Positions 53,889 through 64,000 of a stretch of DNA of 64,000 bases are shown here, in pieces. The position numbers and the translations under genes were made by a program. Under the pieces are notes generated by a model. It was not told the DNA's origin. It did no database searches and saw nothing but the letters and a program-made list of their open reading frames with translations. The stretch's first letter is position 1; each line of letters opens with the position of its first letter. Source of the DNA: Candidatus Binataceae bacterium (GTDB lineage: Bacteria > Desulfobacterota > Binatia > Binatales > Binataceae); contig DATGHL010000030.1 of NCBI GenBank assembly GCA_035308025.1, positions 52,946-116,945 on the forward strand, read 5' to 3'.

Positions 53889-53922
53889 AGAAAAACGACC
53901 GGCGCGCGTTTGCGGCCGGTCG
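53889..53922 (-). terminator. Intrinsic terminator/attenuator hairpin in the pyrR leader
   Basis: Minus-strand transcript: cgaccggc-cgcaaacgcgc-gccggtcg followed by ttttt. An 8-bp GC-rich stem plus U-tract, about 70-100 nt upstream of the pyrR start. Confidence 0.55.
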
Positions 53923-53953
53923 CTGCTGAATACAACTTCATCTTTTTCCCTTG

Positions 53954-53968
53954 CCGCCCTCGCAGGAG
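53954..53968 (-). promoter_or_regulatory. Candidate PyrR-binding loop (UCCNGNGAGG-like) upstream of the attenuator
   Basis: The minus-strand RNA reads cgcUCCUGCGAGGGcgg, matching the PyrR box core UCC-N-G-N-GAGG. Confidence 0.35.
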
Positions 53969-54085
53969 CGGCTTAAAAGGCTACGAAGATTTTACCGCGC
54001 GTAGCGGTTCAGTCAATTCATGATTTCTGCGCCGCCGCGAGGTTATTCACAACAGCACTTTGCCGCTGTACGGTGCAGGACTTCG

Positions 54086-54790
54086 CTAGCGCGTCGCGGT
54101 GCGCCGTTCGAGTTTGCGCAGGCGCTGATCCTGATCCCGCGTCTGCACCGTCAGGCGATCGTCGAAACGCTCGAATTTGCGGGTCAGACTGACCAGCGCC
54201 TTGTTGGTCTGCTTGAGCTCGCTGTCAATCTTCTTGACGAGGGCGCTGGACGACGCGGAAATTTCCTCGCGCACGCCCTCCGCGACTGCCGGCAATTCGC
54301 GGGCGAAATCTTTGCGCGCGGAGATCAGCTCTTTACGCAACGTTTCACCCGCCGCAGTTATCTCGCTCTTGAGTTGCGAGCTGGCAGCAGCCGCTCCCGC
54401 CGCGAACTCTTCGGCTACACGCTCGCGGATGCGCACCGCCGAGGTCTCCGCAGTCTCCGTCAGTCCCTGGCGCAGCGCGCCGAGCTGCTCGCGAAACTCA
54501 ACCCGCGTGGCGCCGAGCATCTCGCCGAGCCTGACCATCTCGGCGCCCAGATCGGCGCGAGTCAGCGCGTTAGCTTCGCGATTCTCGGCGATCCGATCGG
54601 AGATAAACCGCACCTGGCGGCCAACCTCGGCAAACTGGCCGACCATTTCACCGCGCACGGCGTCGAGCTTACCGCCGAAGCCGGTCACCGCCTCCAGCAC
54701 AATCTCGAAGCGCGCGCTGAGTTGTTCGAGTAGCACTCCAATGCGGTTAGCCACGTCCTCGCCCACCCGAATCTCCCCTTCCATGTTCAA
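54086..54790 (-). CDS. Coiled-coil hypothetical protein
   Basis: 234 aa, highly helical with heptad-like repeats. Downstream of lepB in the same orientation. Confidence 0.5.
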   Translation of the reverse strand: MNMEGEIRVGEDVANRIGVLLEQLSARFEIVLEAVTGFGGKLDAVRGEMVGQFAEVGRQVRFISDRIAENREANALTRADLGAEMVRLGEMLGATRVEFREQLGALRQGLTETAETSAVRIRERVAEEFAAGAAAASSQLKSEITAAGETLRKELISARKDFARELPAVAEGVREEISASSSALVKKIDSELKQTNKALVSLTRKFERFDDRLTVQTRDQDQRLRKLERRTATR

Positions 54791-54841
54791 CTGGATACCC
54801 TATCTTCCGGGATGGAACAACTATCTTATGGGATGAATCAA

Positions 54842-55546
54842 CTATCGTATGGGATGGAACAACCGGGACCAGCGGACGTCATAGAAACAGGTGAGCGGCG
54901 AGCTGTCGTCGGCGCACGACCAGTAGATAAACATCGCACGTCCCTCGATAGCGTCGCGCGAGACCGGGCCCCAGAAACGGCTGTCGTAGCTGCGGTCGCG
55001 ATTATCCCCCATCATGAAATACTGACCGGGCTGAATCCTGACCGCCTCAAGCGTATCGCGCGGCGAAGTCGAGCGCTCGTTGGGCCCGACCTCGAAGTGC
55101 GTGTAAGGCGCGTCAACCTGAACGCCGTTCAGAATCAGCATCCCGTTCTTGATTTCGACGACATCACCCGGAATCGCGACGACGCGTTTGATGAAATCCT
55201 TGGTCTGATCTTCGGGATAGACGAAGACCACAACATCGCCGCGATGGACCCGCTCGAGCTGGAACAAATATTTGCCGTAGGGGATCTCGCCGGCAAACGG
55301 GGTCAGGCCGAAAATCGAATCCGGCATGCGCAGGCCAAAGACCAGCTTGTTGACGATTATATGATCGCCGATGAGCAGCGTCCGCTCCATCGAGCCCGAG
55401 GGAATCTTGTAGGCCTGGATCAGAAAAGTGCGCAGGACGATCGCTAGCGCCAGCGCGACGGCGAAGGCCTCGCCATACTCGCGCAGGGCGGATTTGCGCG
55501 ATTCCGTGACAGGCGGCGCGGGCCATTTGCGGGCCGGTTCACTCAT
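54842..55546 (-). CDS. lepB: Signal peptidase I
   Basis: Catalytic Ser motif IPSGSMERTL and Lys box GDNRDRSYDSRFWG. Confidence 0.9.
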   Translation of the reverse strand: MSEPARKWPAPPVTESRKSALREYGEAFAVALALAIVLRTFLIQAYKIPSGSMERTLLIGDHIIVNKLVFGLRMPDSIFGLTPFAGEIPYGKYLFQLERVHRGDVVVFVYPEDQTKDFIKRVVAIPGDVVEIKNGMLILNGVQVDAPYTHFEVGPNERSTSPRDTLEAVRIQPGQYFMMGDNRDRSYDSRFWGPVSRDAIEGRAMFIYWSCADDSSPLTCFYDVRWSRLFHPIR

Positions 55547-55553
55547 AGCCCGC

Positions 55554-57356
<1,803 letters not shown>

Positions 57357-57401
57357 CAAAGAGTCGGCACTCCGCCGAAGCGCGAGCATAGCACGCCGAA
57401 A

Positions 57402-58340
57402 TTATCGGCGCTGGGCGAAGCGATCTTTGAAAAAAGCGAACGTTCGTCCGAGGCCGTCACCGAGCGCAACCTGCGGCGCCCACTTGAGTTCGCGCGCAGC
57501 CCGCGCCGGTGAAATCACCGAGCGGCGCTGCTCGCCTGCCCGCGCTGGGCCGAACTCCGGCGCAGGACGCACGCCCGCGGCCGCGGCCAGCGCGCCGTAC
57601 AACTGTTTCACGTCGGTCTCGACGCCGGTGCCGATATTGAACGCGCCCGAGACCGGACTGTTGATCGCCGCGAGGTTGGCGCGGACGACGTCGCCGACAT
57701 AGACGTAATCGCGGGTCTGGCCGCCGTCGCCGAAGATCGTGCAGGGCTTCCCTTCGAGCATCCGGCCGCAGAAGATCGCTACCACTCCGGCCTCGCCATG
57801 CGGATCCTGACGCGGTCCGTAAACGTTGCCGTAGCGTAGCGCGACGTAATCGATTCCGTACTGCGTCTTGTAGAAAAAAAGATAAGCCTCGGTCGCGAAC
57901 TTGGCGACGCCGTAGGGGCTGACCGGCCGGCGGGGATGATCTTCATCGCAGGGAAAGACGTCCTGCTCGCCATAGATCGCGCCGCCGGTCGAGGAAAAAA
58001 TCACGCGCTTGAGCCCATGCTCGCGCGCTGCCTCGAGCAAATTCAAAAAGCCGACGAGATTGACCTGGGCGTCGAAGGCCGGGTCGGCGACCGAACGGCG
58101 GACATCCATTTGCGCGGCTAGATGGACAATAACCTCGGGCCGCTCCTGTTCGATGACGGCACGGACTGCGGCGGCGTCGCGCAGGTCAGTGTGATGAAAG
58201 CTCGCGGCGGGATTGACCTGTTCGCGCTTGCCCGCCGAAAGATCGTCGAGAATCGCGACCTGATGGGCGCCGGTCGCAACCAGCGCATCCACCGTATGCG
58301 AGCCGATAAACCCGGCCCCGCCTGTCACCAATATCTTCAT
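57402..58340 (-). CDS. NAD-dependent epimerase/dehydratase (UDP-glucose 4-epimerase-like)
   Basis: GGAGFIGSH Rossmann motif and a YxxxK catalytic pair (SPYGVAK). Confidence 0.85.
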   Translation of the reverse strand: MKILVTGGAGFIGSHTVDALVATGAHQVAILDDLSAGKREQVNPAASFHHTDLRDAAAVRAVIEQERPEVIVHLAAQMDVRRSVADPAFDAQVNLVGFLNLLEAAREHGLKRVIFSSTGGAIYGEQDVFPCDEDHPRRPVSPYGVAKFATEAYLFFYKTQYGIDYVALRYGNVYGPRQDPHGEAGVVAIFCGRMLEGKPCTIFGDGGQTRDYVYVGDVVRANLAAINSPVSGAFNIGTGVETDVKQLYGALAAAAGVRPAPEFGPARAGEQRRSVISPARAARELKWAPQVALGDGLGRTFAFFKDRFAQRR

Positions 58341-58400
58341 TAACTCCAGCGCGGCGCCTGCGTCACGCGTGCGCCGCTGCCCCCTTCAAGATTTGAACAA

Positions 58401-59708
58401 CTAGACTGCTTTGCGGCCGATCGAGTAGTAGCTGAACTCGAGCGCCTTCATCAGTTGCGGATCGTAGAGGTTGCGGCCATCGAAGATCACCGGATTACGC
58501 AACTCCGACTTGATCCGCTGAAAGTTGGGATGGCGGAATTCATTCCACTCGGTGAGGATCATCAGAGCGTCGGCGCCGCGCAGGGCTTCGTAGTTGGTCG
58601 CGTAGTAGCTTATCCGATCGCCGAAGATGTGGCGCGCATTTTTCAACGCTTCGGGATCGTGCGCCTGGATGCGCGCGCCGGCCGCCAGCAGCTCCTCGAT
58701 CACGACCAGCGAGGGAGCCTCGCGCATATCGTCGGTGCGCGGCTTGAAAGCCAGTCCCCACAGCGCAAAGACTTTGTCTTTGAGATTACCCCCAAAATGA
58801 CCTTTGGCCCGTTCGAACATGAGGCGTTTCTGCGCGTCGTTAACTTTGTCGGCAGCGCGCAGAATCGAAAAATCGATATTCTGCGCCCCCGCGCTATGAA
58901 TCAGCGCCTGCACATCCTTGGGAAAGCACGAGCCGCCGTAACCCACGCCGGGGAAAAGAAACTGCGAGCCAATGCGCCGATCCGTCCCCATCCCGCGCCG
59001 CACATCGTTAATCTCCGCGCCCACCGCCTCGCACAGATTGGCCATCTGGTTGATGAACGAGATGCGCAACGCGAGCATCGCATTGGACGCATACTTCGTG
59101 AGCTCGGCCGAGCGCGGATCCATTACGAGGATGGGGTTGTCGGTGCGGACAAAGGGGCTGTGAATCTCGCGCAGAATCGCCGTCGCCTGCTCGCTGGTGG
59201 AGCCGATCACGACGCGATCGGGCCGCATGAAATCCTCGATCGCGGAACCTTCCTTGAGAAATTCCGGCAGCGAGCAGACGTCGATACGGCCACCCGCGTC
59301 GCGCTCGACGATCGCGCGCACGCGATCATTGGTGCCGACGGGGACCGTGCTCTTGATCGCGATTATGTGGTAACTGTTCGCACTTTTGGCGACTTGCGAG
59401 GCGACCTCGGTAATCTGCGATAGATCGGCGGCGCCGTCGGCACCCATCGGCGTGCCGACCGCCAAAAGCGAGACCATCGAGTCGCGCACCGCCTCGGCGA
59501 GGTTGATGCTGAAGCGCAAGCGCCCATCCTTGACGTTGCGGCGCACCAGCTCCTCGAGCCCGGGCTCGTAAATCGGCACCTCGCCGGCCTTGAGCTGATC
59601 GATCCGCGGACGATTGATATCAACGCAGATGACTTCGTTGCCGCTCTCCGCCAGGCACGTGCCGCTAACAAGGCCGACGTAGCCCGTACCGATGACTGCG
59701 ATATTCAT
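58401..59708 (-). CDS. ugd: UDP-glucose 6-dehydrogenase family protein
   Basis: N-terminal IAVIGTGYVGLV and the catalytic Cys region (GGSCFPKD). Confidence 0.9.
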   Translation of the reverse strand: MNIAVIGTGYVGLVSGTCLAESGNEVICVDINRPRIDQLKAGEVPIYEPGLEELVRRNVKDGRLRFSINLAEAVRDSMVSLLAVGTPMGADGAADLSQITEVASQVAKSANSYHIIAIKSTVPVGTNDRVRAIVERDAGGRIDVCSLPEFLKEGSAIEDFMRPDRVVIGSTSEQATAILREIHSPFVRTDNPILVMDPRSAELTKYASNAMLALRISFINQMANLCEAVGAEINDVRRGMGTDRRIGSQFLFPGVGYGGSCFPKDVQALIHSAGAQNIDFSILRAADKVNDAQKRLMFERAKGHFGGNLKDKVFALWGLAFKPRTDDMREAPSLVVIEELLAAGARIQAHDPEALKNARHIFGDRISYYATNYEALRGADALMILTEWNEFRHPNFQRIKSELRNPVIFDGRNLYDPQLMKALEFSYYSIGRKAV

Positions 59709-59729
59709 GCCTTTATATTCATCCCGGTT

Positions 59730-60668
59730 TTAGAATTCCTCTTTGATTATGTAAACCGGCTTGCCCTGCGATTCGTGATAGGTCCGCGCGAGCATCTCGC
59801 CGATCAGGCCGAGGCTCACCAGTTGCACGCCGACGACGACCAGCAAGACCGCGAGCCACAGCGCCGGGCGGCTGCCGAGCTGATGGCCCAGCACCACCTT
59901 CTCGAATACCAGTATAGCCGTCCAGGCCGTACCGAGCGCACCGATAATTAGACCGATCAGGCCGAAAAACTGGATCGGACGGGTCGAGTAGCCGGAGAGA
60001 AACCGCACCGTCATTAGATCGAGGAGCGTGCGCACGATTCGTCCGGGCCCGTAGTTGGAACGCCCGGCGCGGCGCGGACGAAAATTCACCGCGACCTCCG
60101 CGATCCGTGCGCCCTGCTCCGCGGCGATCGCGGGCACGAAACGATGCATCTCGCCGTAAAGCATCAGTTGTTGTGCGAGCCCGCGCCGATAGGCTTTCAG
60201 CGTGCAACCGTAATCGTGCAGCGCGACGCCGGTAATCCACGAAATCAGCGCGTTGGCCGCTTGCGACGGGAGCCGCCGCGTCAACCGTGACGCGCGCCAG
60301 CGATCGATCCGCCAGCCGCTGACGAGGTCGAAGCCGTCGTCCAGCCTGGCCAGCAGCGCGGGAATGTCGGCAGGATCATTCTCGCCGTCAGCGTCGATCG
60401 CGACCACGATCTCACCGTTCGCGTGATGAAGCCCGCAGGCCAGCGCCGCGGTCTGGCCGGAGTTGCGCGCGAGCCGGATGACACGCACGTGCTCGTCGCG
60501 CGAGCGCAGGTCGCGCAGCAGCTCGGCGCCACCGTCGATGCTGCCGTCGTCAACAAAAATAATCTCATAGCTGCGGCCGAGCCCGCGCAGCACTTGATCG
60601 AGTTCGCGATACAGCGGCGTCAGGTTCTCCCGCTCATTGAAGAGCGGAACAACTACTGAGACATCCAT
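59730..60668 (-). CDS. Glycosyltransferase family 2, polyprenyl-phosphate sugar transferase type (ArnC/GtrB-like)
   Basis: SVVVPLFNE...DDGS.D, with the DAD motif and two C-terminal TM helices. Confidence 0.85.
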   Translation of the reverse strand: MDVSVVVPLFNERENLTPLYRELDQVLRGLGRSYEIIFVDDGSIDGGAELLRDLRSRDEHVRVIRLARNSGQTAALACGLHHANGEIVVAIDADGENDPADIPALLARLDDGFDLVSGWRIDRWRASRLTRRLPSQAANALISWITGVALHDYGCTLKAYRRGLAQQLMLYGEMHRFVPAIAAEQGARIAEVAVNFRPRRAGRSNYGPGRIVRTLLDLMTVRFLSGYSTRPIQFFGLIGLIIGALGTAWTAILVFEKVVLGHQLGSRPALWLAVLLVVVGVQLVSLGLIGEMLARTYHESQGKPVYIIKEEF

Positions 60669-61576
60669 CGCGAATGATGCGAATCGGTCAACTCGATAAA
60701 GGCCCGATAGCGCTCTTCGATATCTTCCCAGGCCAGCGTGGCGAGCCGCTCGACCGCGAACTTCTCGACCGTGAACGAAGCCAGCACGCTGCCGTAGACG
60801 ATTCCGGTGCGCAGAATCGATTCGGTAAGGCGGCCGGTGCGCGCCAGCCAGCCCATCAAGGCACCCGCGAAAGTGTCGCCGGCGCCGGTCGGATCGATGA
60901 CCTCTTCGAGCGGCCAGGCGGGCGTCGCGAACATCGAGTCGCCGCCGAATTTGAGGACGCCGTATTCGCCGCGCTTCACCAGCACCGTCTTCGGGCCCAG
61001 CTTGAGGATCGCACGGCCGGCGCGGATGAGGTTGGCTTCGCCGGTCAACATCCGTGCTTCTTCGTCGTTAAGAGTCAGGATATCCACCCGCGGCAACAGC
61101 TTGAGCAGCGCCGGACGCGCATTTTCGATCCAGTGATTCATCGTGTCGGCCGCGACCAGCTTCGGGCTCGCGACCTGCGACAGCACGTGGAGCTGAAGCT
61201 CGGGCGAGATGTTGCTGAGGAAGACGTAGTCGGCGCGCTGCTGATCGGGCAGCAGATCGGGCTTGAAGCCCTCGAAGACGTTGAGCGCGAGGCTGACCGT
61301 ATCGCGGACGTTCATATCTTCGTGGTAGCGGCCGTGCCAGCGAAAGGTGGGGCCCTCGATCTGCGCCATCCCGCGCAGATCGATACTGCGCTCGCGAAAC
61401 AGCCGCCAATGCTCCTCGCGGAAGTCGCTGCCGACCGCGGCGACGATACTGACCGGCGCAAAGAAGCGCGCAGCCAGCGCGAAAAAACTCGCTGACCCGC
61501 CGAGCGCCTCGCTGACGCCGCCGTGAGTGGTGTCGATCGTGTCGTAACCGATCGTGCCGACTACCACTATACTCAT
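60653..61576 (-). CDS. PfkB-family carbohydrate kinase
   Basis: Ribokinase-like fold with a C-terminal DPTGAGDTF anion-hole motif. Confidence 0.85.
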   Translation of the reverse strand: MSIVVVGTIGYDTIDTTHGGVSEALGGSASFFALAARFFAPVSIVAAVGSDFREEHWRLFRERSIDLRGMAQIEGPTFRWHGRYHEDMNVRDTVSLALNVFEGFKPDLLPDQQRADYVFLSNISPELQLHVLSQVASPKLVAADTMNHWIENARPALLKLLPRVDILTLNDEEARMLTGEANLIRAGRAILKLGPKTVLVKRGEYGVLKFGGDSMFATPAWPLEEVIDPTGAGDTFAGALMGWLARTGRLTESILRTGIVYGSVLASFTVEKFAVERLATLAWEDIEERYRAFIELTDSHHSRWMSQ

Positions 61577-61624
61577 ACGAAAACTTCTCTCACTTGCGCC
61601 TCTCGTTGATTGCGGGCATCTGCC

Positions 61625-62488
61625 CTACAGATATTTTCCGATGATCGGCCGCAGATCTTCGGCGACAGCGGCTGGAATCGCTTTGCGATCGGTAATGATC
61701 GCGTCCTTGAGCGCCGCGCCGCAGGCACATGAGCGCCGCCGCCCGGCTAATGCAGTAGTCAGATTCGCGATCGCGCGCTGCGCCTTCTCGACGTTGGCGC
61801 GCATCACGCGCAGGATCTCGCCGATATCCACCGGGCCGGCGCTCTGATGCCAGCAGTCGTAGTCGGTCACCAAGGTCAGCGTCGCGTAGCAGAGCTCGGC
61901 CTCGCGGGCGAGCCGCGCTTCCTGCATCGCCGTCATGCTGATTACGTCAACGCCCCAGGTGCGATAGAGATTTGATTCGGCGCGCGTCGAGAATTGCGGC
62001 CCCTCGATACAGAGATAGGTTCCGCCGTCGTGGACCTTCGCGTCGCCCGCGCGCCCAGCCTCGACCAGAGTGCGGTTCAAGTCTGTGCACACCGGGTCGG
62101 CGAGCGAGACATGCGCGACGATCCCGTCGCCAAAAAAGGTTGAACGGCGCTGATAGGTATGATCGATAAATTGATCCACCACCACAAGGTCGCCGGGCGC
62201 GATCGCCTCCTTCATGCTGCCCGCGGTGCTGACCGAGACCAGTCGCTGCACCCCAAGCAACTTCATGCCGTAGACGTTCGCGCGATAATTGAGTTCGCTC
62301 GGCAGAAGCCGATGGCCGCGGCCGTGACGGGCGAGAAAGACCACTTCGGTTTCGCCTATCCGGCCGCGATAATAGGCGTCGGAGGGCGCGCCGAACGGGG
62401 TCGTCAGCTCGATCTGCTCGACCAGCTCCAGCCCCGGCATCTGGTAAAAACCGCTACCGCCGATTACGCCAAGTATCGTCCCCGCCAT
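61625..62488 (-). CDS. mtnP: S-methyl-5'-thioadenosine phosphorylase
   Basis: PNP/MTAP family (GVIGGSG...ARHGRGH...SMT). Confidence 0.88.
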   Translation of the reverse strand: MAGTILGVIGGSGFYQMPGLELVEQIELTTPFGAPSDAYYRGRIGETEVVFLARHGRGHRLLPSELNYRANVYGMKLLGVQRLVSVSTAGSMKEAIAPGDLVVVDQFIDHTYQRRSTFFGDGIVAHVSLADPVCTDLNRTLVEAGRAGDAKVHDGGTYLCIEGPQFSTRAESNLYRTWGVDVISMTAMQEARLAREAELCYATLTLVTDYDCWHQSAGPVDIGEILRVMRANVEKAQRAIANLTTALAGRRRSCACGAALKDAIITDRKAIPAAVAEDLRPIIGKYL

Positions 62489-62513
62489 GCTCTTCCTTGC
62501 TCAACTCGCCCGC

Positions 62514-63635
62514 TCAACTCGCTGCTTGATCTGCGTACAACTGGCCGCAGGCGGCCGCGATATCCTGTCCGCGGCTCTCGCGAATCGTCGCGGTCAAGTT
62601 ACCCTGTTGCAGAATCGCTTGAAAGGCTTCGACTCGCGATCGCGGACTCGGCATGTAGCTCGCGCCCGCGAACGGATTGAAGAAGATCAGGTTCATCTTA
62701 GCGCGGATCGGCGCGAGCATCCGCACCAGCCGCCGCGCATCCTCTGCCGAATCGTTGACGCCATCGAGCATCACATACTCGAAGGTGATTCGGCGGCGGC
62801 GCTGAATCGGCAGCTCGCCGCAGGCGGCCAGCAGAACCTTCAGCGGATAGCGCCGATTGATCGGTGCGAGGCGATCGCGGATCTCGTCGGTCGTCGCGTG
62901 GAGCGAAACCGCCAGATTCACCTGAAAGTCGCCGAGCAGCCGTTCCATCATAGGGACGAGCCCGACCGTCGAGACCGTGATTCGCCGGGGCGAGATGCCC
63001 ATGCCCCACTCCGCGGTCATGGTCGCGAGCGTCCGGCTCAGACGCGGATAGTTGGCGAGCGGCTCGCCCATCCCCATGAAAACGAAATTGGTCAGCGCCT
63101 CATCCGCCTCGAGTTCGCGGCGCGCTGCTATCACCTGGCCGAGGATTTCGGCAGCGCTGAGATTTCGCCGCAAGCCCATCAGCGCCGTCGCGCAGAAACT
63201 GCACCCCATCGCGCAGCCCGCCTGACTCGAGATGCACAGCGTCACCCGTCCCGCGCCAGGGATAATCACGCTCTCGATCCGCTCGCCGTCGGCCAGGCGG
63301 AGCAGCAGCTTGCGGGTGCCGTCGGCGGCGCGATCGCAATGCGCGACCGCCAGCGCTTCAATCTTAAACTGTTGCTTTAATGATTCCCGCAGTGCGGCCG
63401 GCAACTCGATCATCTCGTCGAACGCTTCCGCGTCGCGCCGCCAGAGTCTCTGCGCAATCTGGCGGGCACGAAACGAGCGCTCGCCGGCGACGACGATCAT
63501 CTGTTCGAGTTCCTCGAACGGCAGATCCCGAATCTCCCGCCTGATGCCGCCGACTGCGCCGATCGCGATGCCCTGCTCTGCGTCCACCGCGTGATTGTAA
63601 CTGAAACCAGTCAGGCCTACAGACACACCTATCAC
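62514..63635 (-). CDS. rlmN: 23S rRNA (adenine2503-C2)-methyltransferase, radical SAM
   Basis: Radical-SAM Cys triad SSQAGCAMGCSFCAT and the RlmN/Cfr-family C-terminal Cys. Confidence 0.88.
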   Translation of the reverse strand: MIGVSVGLTGFSYNHAVDAEQGIAIGAVGGIRREIRDLPFEELEQMIVVAGERSFRARQIAQRLWRRDAEAFDEMIELPAALRESLKQQFKIEALAVAHCDRAADGTRKLLLRLADGERIESVIIPGAGRVTLCISSQAGCAMGCSFCATALMGLRRNLSAAEILGQVIAARRELEADEALTNFVFMGMGEPLANYPRLSRTLATMTAEWGMGISPRRITVSTVGLVPMMERLLGDFQVNLAVSLHATTDEIRDRLAPINRRYPLKVLLAACGELPIQRRRRITFEYVMLDGVNDSAEDARRLVRMLAPIRAKMNLIFFNPFAGASYMPSPRSRVEAFQAILQQGNLTATIRESRGQDIAAACGQLYADQAAS

Positions 63636-64000
63636 CGCATCTTGAGCTTATCCTCCTGCGCCCAGCCCTCTTTGAGCGGCACCATGAAGTACGGGAGCAG
63701 GCTCATCTTCTTGAACTTCCACTCGCCGTTGCGCTTGACGTAGTCGTCGTTGAAGCGCGCCGCGACCAGAAAGGCCTCGCCGCCGTAAATCGGCTTGGCC
63801 TCGAGATAGGAGACGCCGTGACCGTGATCGCCGTGCAGCTCGATCATGTGATTATGGATGAACTGCTTCACCCAACTGATGCGCGGGCGGTTCTGATCCC
63901 GCACCGGACCGTCACCGACGATGCCGCCGTAGAATTTGGCGATTTCGGCGTGTCCCTTGGCTTTTCCCAGATGCGCGAAGTCGAGCTCGCCATCCTCCAC
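63632..64000 (-). CDS. Hypothetical protein (NTF2-like?), N-terminus may lie beyond the window
   Basis: 122-aa ORF reaching the window edge. I do not recognise a motif. Confidence 0.3.
   Translation of the reverse strand: MEDGELDFAHLGKAKGHAEIAKFYGGIVGDGPVRDQNRPRISWVKQFIHNHMIELHGDHGHGVSYLEAKPIYGGEAFLVAARFNDDYVKRNGEWKFKKMSLLPYFMVPLKEGWAQEDKLKMR

Overview
This is a 64 kb high-GC (~65-68%) bacterial chromosomal window, probably Gram-negative: it has Tat-exported lipoproteins and a LepB signal peptidase, and several F420/LLM-class oxidoreductases. Gene density is high and most content is core housekeeping. Recognised blocks include eno-gpmI, dnaG, prmA-rsmE-gshB, recO, recG, lepA-lepB, mtnP and rlmN. 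There is a tightly overlapping pyr operon (pyrR-pyrB*-pyrC-carA-carB) and a UDP-sugar/GT2 block (ugd, epimerase, GT2, PfkB kinase). Between these sit accessory catabolic genes: two acyl-CoA dehydrogenase paralogs, tandem enoyl-CoA hydratases, a DUF35/thiolase/amidohydrolase-2/LLM operon, a GMC oxidoreductase, a GST and an MlrC-like peptidase. Two toxin-antitoxin pairs are present (HicB-HicA and VapB-VapC).

The observations I consider most worth follow-up are:
- The pyrB gene appears to encode a 646-aa fusion of an aspartate carbamoyltransferase catalytic chain, a PyrI-type zinc domain and a second PyrR-like domain, sitting just downstream of a canonical pyrR and a leader attenuator.
- A 519-aa secreted protein combines a collagen-like Gly-X-Y segment, eleven 17-residue repeats and a C-terminal phage tail-fibre-type chaperone domain, with no prophage around it.
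- A Tat-exported MsrB is clustered with a b-type cytochrome and a molybdopterin oxidoreductase, which looks like a periplasmic methionine-sulfoxide repair module.
- Low-GC islets carry orphan genes, and a palindromic small repeat family occurs in at least two intergenic copies.

I found no rRNA, CRISPR array, integrase or transposase. One tRNA(CAT) is present. Start coordinates are estimates from ORF and start-codon inspection. All functional calls rest on my reading of the translated sequences against remembered family motifs, not on database searches.
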